From: an uncultured Desulfobulbaceae bacterium
GTDB lineage: Bacteria > Desulfobacterota > Desulfobulbia > Desulfobulbales > CALZHT01
Length of the DNA: 64,000 bases
Direction: 5' to 3'
Assembly: GCA_945787445.1 (NCBI GenBank)
Contig: CALZHT010000024.1
Location: 2,398 to 66,397 of the forward strand
Under the pieces are notes generated by a model. That model saw only the letters and a list, made by a program, of their open reading frames with translations, ran no database searches and was not told the DNA's origin. The translations under genes were made by a program, and so were the position numbers. Shown here piece by piece: positions 60,045 to 64,000 of the stretch (positions are counted from its first letter, which is position 1; every line of letters begins with the position of its first letter).

Positions 60045-60665
60045 TCTGATTAGATGATTTTAACTAGTCTCAGTTAAGGTTTAAGCCCCCGCCTTGAGGC
60101 GGGTAGATTTATCACTTCCAATAGATGTTGTATACTGCCTCCAAAATATGGAGGTAGAGCATGGAATACAGATATGGAAGTCATACAGTTTTCAATATTA
60201 AATATCATTTTGTTTGGGTAACCAAGTATCGGTATAAAGTTCTGGTTGGCGATGTAGCATTACGAGTACGAGAATTAGTCCGCCAAACCTGTGAGTCATT
60301 TGAAATAGAGATCATAAAAGGTGTAGTGAGTAAAGATCATGTTCATTTGTATGTATCAGCACCTCCGACAATGGCACCAAGCGAAATAATGAGGCGAATA
60401 AAAGGGCGCTCATCGAGTAAATTGTTTGAAGATTACCCCAAATTACGAAAGAGATTTTGGGGACGTCATTTCTGGGCTCGTGGATATTTTTGTGTGTCAT
60501 CGGGTCAAATAACAGACGAGATGATTAAAACATACTTAGAACATCATTTTGAACCAAGTAAAGATGATAATTTTAGGACAGAGTCATAACGGGTCTTGGA
60601 CCCGTATCCGGACTTTCAGTCCTTAATAATAACCCTCCGTCTTTAGACGGTGGTTGTTAAGTTTA
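60045..60665 (+). mobile_element. IS200/IS605-family insertion sequence (tnpA only) with subterminal hairpins
   Basis: Left-end hairpin CCCCCGCCTTGAGGCGGG and right-end CCGTCTTTAGACGG flank the Y1 transposase gene. Confidence 0.7.
60161..60589 (+). CDS. tnpA: IS200/IS605 family Y1 (HUH) transposase TnpA
   Basis: HuH motif HVHLYVS and the catalytic Y in the ...RGYFCVSSG region. 142 aa. Confidence 0.9.
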   Translation: MEYRYGSHTVFNIKYHFVWVTKYRYKVLVGDVALRVRELVRQTCESFEIEIIKGVVSKDHVHLYVSAPPTMAPSEIMRRIKGRSSSKLFEDYPKLRKRFWGRHFWARGYFCVSSGQITDEMIKTYLEHHFEPSKDDNFRTES

Positions 60666-60719
60666 GGCACTTTTCTGTAACTCCTTGAAATTACATTTCG
60701 AACTCAGGAGTTCTGAATT

Positions 60720-62456
60720 TTATTTGCTTTTGCCTATGGCGGAAGGTTCTCCATTGTTATTAAGGCCACGAACGATATTGCTCGCTCCGAGTATTGCCGC
60801 AGACCCTTCAAGACCGCTTCCTTCGCCGGCCACAAGGATCTGGGGTATTTTTACGATATCTGAATTTTCCACTGCCGCGGTCAGGACTTTATCCAAAACT
60901 GCCAACTGCATAACCTTATCCTTGCCCAGCACGGCAACTTGCTGTTTCTGACCTGTGGCTATCTCAATGAGCTTGAGCTTTTCCCCTTCGCCCGTAAGTT
61001 TGGCAGCCTGCTTGTCCTTTTCCGCTATCTTTACCCGGATTTCAGCAGCCACCAATTCCGGCTGCTGGTCTGCGGTTGCCCGAGCCTTCTCGGTCTCGAT
61101 CCGCTGATTCTGCGCTTCTTTTTCTCTTTTGAAAGTCTCTTCCAGTTGGCCGGCCAATTGTTCCCGCAACCTTGCCACTAGAAGCTCCGGAGGAACCACG
61201 GAATCAACCAGCCTGACATCCTTGATAGTGACACCCGCTTTTTTACCCTCCGGGATAACTGCCTCTTCTATGTTTGCTTCAACGGTTGCGCGGTTTTCAT
61301 CAATAAGGCTTAAAACTTTTTCCGCGCCGCATATATTACGGACAACCGATCTGATCGATGGGCTTACCACTTTGTCCTCGGCAGCCTCGACCTTTCCCAC
61401 CGAAGCGACAAGAAAGGGCGCATCCTTGGGCTCAACCTGAACCTGCACGCGAAGCTCCTGCGGCACAAGCCATCCTTCCATTCTGGTAAATATGGCGGAA
61501 TCAGCAGCGTGCTCAGGGATGGATACTACCTCTGCCCGTTCTTTTTGCACTATTTTGCCGTCCTGGGTGACTTCAAGGTCTATATAGCGCCGCTTATAGC
61601 CGCCCTTGTAGTTCCAGGTCTGCACCCTGGTGTCGACAGCCGTCACATTATATGCCACGTTATTGAGATAATAACGCCCCGGCGGAAGGGGCTCAACCCA
61701 TATGCCGACGGAACCTTTATTAACAAGAGGAACAGCCAGGGAGCCCAGCAAATCGTGAGGGACATCAGCAGCTTCCCATTCAGGGGTTTCCTGCACGTTC
61801 GATTTTACCACTCCGACAAAACCTGCGGGAATGTCAGTGGCATCATGATAATCCACGGAAAAAAGATAGGTATTCAAGCGGTACTTGCCCGGCGGCAACA
61901 CAGTCAATTGGGGACCCCTTTGCCCGCCGTTTTTAAGAAAATATTTTGCTTCCAGCCATTTCTGAAAATTATTCTGCGGCCAGGCATCTGCCAGATATTG
62001 TCCTTTCCTGAGCGGTGCGCCATCTTTGGCGACCACATAACCATATTGCCCGTCAGGCACTTCAATTAATGGCACTTCCCTGACGTCATAGAGAACGTTT
62101 AACAGCAATTTAAAATGGAATCCGGGCGGCAATATCCTGGCTTGCGGTCCTTTCTGGCCATCAAAGGCGATAATCTGACCAGGCTCCATGGATTTGCCCA
62201 GATAAATCCGTTCCATTTGCCCGATTTTATCTGCATCGATGATAACGTATGACGTTGAAAGCAAAAGAAAGACCGCCAGAAAAATCGCGCCTATCTGAAT
62301 GTATTTCCGTACCCAGCCAAATGGTGATTCCATAAACATCTCAATAGGCTCTTCTTCACCGTCTGCCAGAGTTTTCTGTTTTTTTGTCCTGAAAATGAGC
62401 TTTGGAGCAATAGACGCAAGGATAAGCAAAAGCACAATCAGAAACAATCGTAACAT
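60720..62456 (-). CDS. SPFH/band-7 (flotillin/YqiK-like) membrane protein
   Basis: Two N-terminal TM segments and an SPFH domain, followed by a long Ala/Glu-rich coiled coil (…AEIRVKIAEKDKQAAKL…). Confidence 0.65.
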   Translation of the reverse strand: MLRLFLIVLLLILASIAPKLIFRTKKQKTLADGEEEPIEMFMESPFGWVRKYIQIGAIFLAVFLLLSTSYVIIDADKIGQMERIYLGKSMEPGQIIAFDGQKGPQARILPPGFHFKLLLNVLYDVREVPLIEVPDGQYGYVVAKDGAPLRKGQYLADAWPQNNFQKWLEAKYFLKNGGQRGPQLTVLPPGKYRLNTYLFSVDYHDATDIPAGFVGVVKSNVQETPEWEAADVPHDLLGSLAVPLVNKGSVGIWVEPLPPGRYYLNNVAYNVTAVDTRVQTWNYKGGYKRRYIDLEVTQDGKIVQKERAEVVSIPEHAADSAIFTRMEGWLVPQELRVQVQVEPKDAPFLVASVGKVEAAEDKVVSPSIRSVVRNICGAEKVLSLIDENRATVEANIEEAVIPEGKKAGVTIKDVRLVDSVVPPELLVARLREQLAGQLEETFKREKEAQNQRIETEKARATADQQPELVAAEIRVKIAEKDKQAAKLTGEGEKLKLIEIATGQKQQVAVLGKDKVMQLAVLDKVLTAAVENSDIVKIPQILVAGEGSGLEGSAAILGASNIVRGLNNNGEPSAIGKSK

Positions 62457-62593
62457 GTATATTCCTCCTGCAATCAGTTGATAAACGAGGGCGCTATTAT
62501 ATGGCCGTATCCTCCGTTGATAGAAAACAAAGGGAGCACTAAGAGATGAAAGGGCATAATAACTAGTTTAGTCGATCTTGAAAAAAGCCATTT

Positions 62594-63886
62594 TTAGCCA
62601 CAGAGGGCCGATTCAATTCTGCTTGAATAACGGATATTCTGCCGCCATAATTTTCCAAGCAGAAAAAAAAGAACAAAAAAGGAAAGCAACTCCCTCAGTT
62701 TCCTGAGGATGATCCTCATATTATGTCCGGCACCACACAAGAGAGCATTGATTTTGTCTCCGATACTTCCCTTCAGCCAGTTTCTGCCTAATTTCCCGTC
62801 TTCCTTCATATGCCCGATGATTGGCTCCACTGCACTTCGACGTTCCACCCCGTGGCCGCGATATCCTCGGTCAACATAACATCGCTCAGGAACAACACCG
62901 GTCACTCGACTCACTTGATCAAGCGCACCTTCAAGCGTATGACCGTCAAAGGGATTGCCCGGCAGGGCCTGCATGCCGACAACAAAATTATCCCGACTTG
63001 TCGTGACAACGCTCACCTTGACTCCAAACTCATATTTCTTGTGCACCTTGCCCTTGGCGATGCATTCAACTTCCGGCGCATGGATACTGTAAAGTTTGTT
63101 CTTGTCCTGCTTCTGTTGATCAAGCATCCGTTCCGTCAGCTCAAGTTCTTCATGAAATTCGGCATGAAGGTCGGGATCCGGCAAAATCTTCCGCAGAATA
63201 TCCCGATACACTCGGCCAAGATAGGTCTTCAATGTCCGTATTTCTTTTTTGGCACGTTTGAACTGGCGGGCATGAGCGTAAGAAGACGCTTTCCGCAAAG
63301 CCCTGGGGCCGAGCCGGGAATAACTCTGCCGAAGATTGATGCCGAACGTCTGGGCCAGGCGTACCAATCTTTCGCGGCATCGATTGTAGGAACGAGAGTC
63401 TGTTGGATATCGGACTGCCTTAGGCTGCACGGTTGTGTCTACGTTGACTCGCTTCAGGCTTGTCTCCTTCACCGCGCCACTGCGAAGTCCGGCCTGCAGT
63501 GTTTCCGCCAGGATCATTTCACATCCTTTTTCACCAATACGTTTACGCCATCTTGACAGGGTAGAAAAATCGATGGGGAGTTGGTGTTGAAAGTACGTCT
63601 CACCGCAGAAGTATTGCCAGTAAGGGTTCTCAACCCATTTCATTACAACCGCTTCATCGGATAAACCATAGGCATGACCAAGATAGCTCAGGCCAACCAT
63701 GAGCCGAATGGGAATTCCGGGCCGTCCTTTTTTTGCGGAGTAAAATTGGCCGAACTCCTTCTCGAAAACATCCCAATCAATGAGAAGAGCGAGCCTATAA
63801 AGCTCATGGTTACGATTCAGAATGTTTTCGAGTCGTTCACGAAAAAGCTCCATCCGACGATCTTCTTTTTTGCTCGAAGGCTGCAT
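62594..63886 (-). CDS. IS5-family (IS1182-like) DDE transposase
   Basis: 430 aa with a DDE_Tnp_1-type organisation (…VDTTVQPKAVRYPTDS…YVDRGYRG…). Confidence 0.75.
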   Translation of the reverse strand: MQPSSKKEDRRMELFRERLENILNRNHELYRLALLIDWDVFEKEFGQFYSAKKGRPGIPIRLMVGLSYLGHAYGLSDEAVVMKWVENPYWQYFCGETYFQHQLPIDFSTLSRWRKRIGEKGCEMILAETLQAGLRSGAVKETSLKRVNVDTTVQPKAVRYPTDSRSYNRCRERLVRLAQTFGINLRQSYSRLGPRALRKASSYAHARQFKRAKKEIRTLKTYLGRVYRDILRKILPDPDLHAEFHEELELTERMLDQQKQDKNKLYSIHAPEVECIAKGKVHKKYEFGVKVSVVTTSRDNFVVGMQALPGNPFDGHTLEGALDQVSRVTGVVPERCYVDRGYRGHGVERRSAVEPIIGHMKEDGKLGRNWLKGSIGDKINALLCGAGHNMRIILRKLRELLSFFVLFFLLGKLWRQNIRYSSRIESALCG

Positions 63887-64000
63887 TCAAATCACCAGAA
63901 AATGTAGGGTTAAGTGCAATATTCTTGCAATTTATGGTGATGTAAATTTAGCATATTTTTGAATTATTTCAAAGCATTATATGTTTTTCAAGACCGATTA

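Overview
This 64 kb window is chromosomal DNA, probably from an anaerobic deltaproteobacterium (sulfate-reducer-like; this is inference from gene content only). It is rich in accessory genes and small dispersed repeats.

Main blocks, left to right:
1. 1–10.3 kb, minus strand: a quaternary-amine (glycine-betaine-type) demethylation locus. It holds an OpuC-type ABC importer, two MttB-family methyltransferases with no in-frame amber codon, an MtgA-like pterin methyltransferase, a corrinoid protein split into two overlapping ORFs, and a MetH-activation-domain-like protein. It also holds an AsnB-like amidotransferase whose canonical MCGI N-terminus lies in another frame, and a large SAM methyltransferase. 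A roughly 180-nt structured element occurs three times in the intergenic gaps.
2. 10.4–13.1 kb: a decayed mobile-element scar with an IS30 transposase fragment, tandem repeats, an AT-rich island and a tRNA-like 3' remnant with its own terminator. A rhodanese gene follows.
3. 13.1–16 kb: perR-katG.
4. 16–24.9 kb: a sigma-54 module. It comprises an NtrC-type response regulator plus histidine kinase, and sigma-54-like promoters in repeated leaders upstream of an AAA ATPase, an ATP-grasp gene and a lipoprotein gene.
5. 25–40 kb: assorted genes including a flavodoxin-like protein, nitroreductase, metallophosphoesterase, tandem secreted paralogs, NhaP antiporter, glyoxalase, spermidine-synthase-like protein, ACT protein, tilS, tRNA-Arg(CCG), a RelE/RHH toxin-antitoxin pair and OmpA. 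Two MITE families and other short repeats are interspersed.
6. 40.5–47.9 kb: two RRM RNA-binding protein genes. One is flanked by about 200-bp inverted-repeat arms that carry a palindromic UAS plus a sigma-54 promoter. The other shares a conserved structured 5' leader with a sucrose-phosphate synthase/phosphatase operon. A DEAD-box helicase and a cyclophilin lie between.
7. 48–52.6 kb: tag, a membrane protein and a GH15-DUF547 fusion.
8. 52.9–57.7 kb: a DUF427–EgtD-like–(Mo/W-bisPGD fused to cysteine desulfurase) operon. It matches the architecture of the metallopterin-dependent anaerobic ergothioneine synthase pathway.
9. 57.8–64 kb: lipoproteins, a DUF2845 protein, an IS200 element, an SPFH protein and an IS5-family transposase.

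No CRISPR array or rRNA is present.
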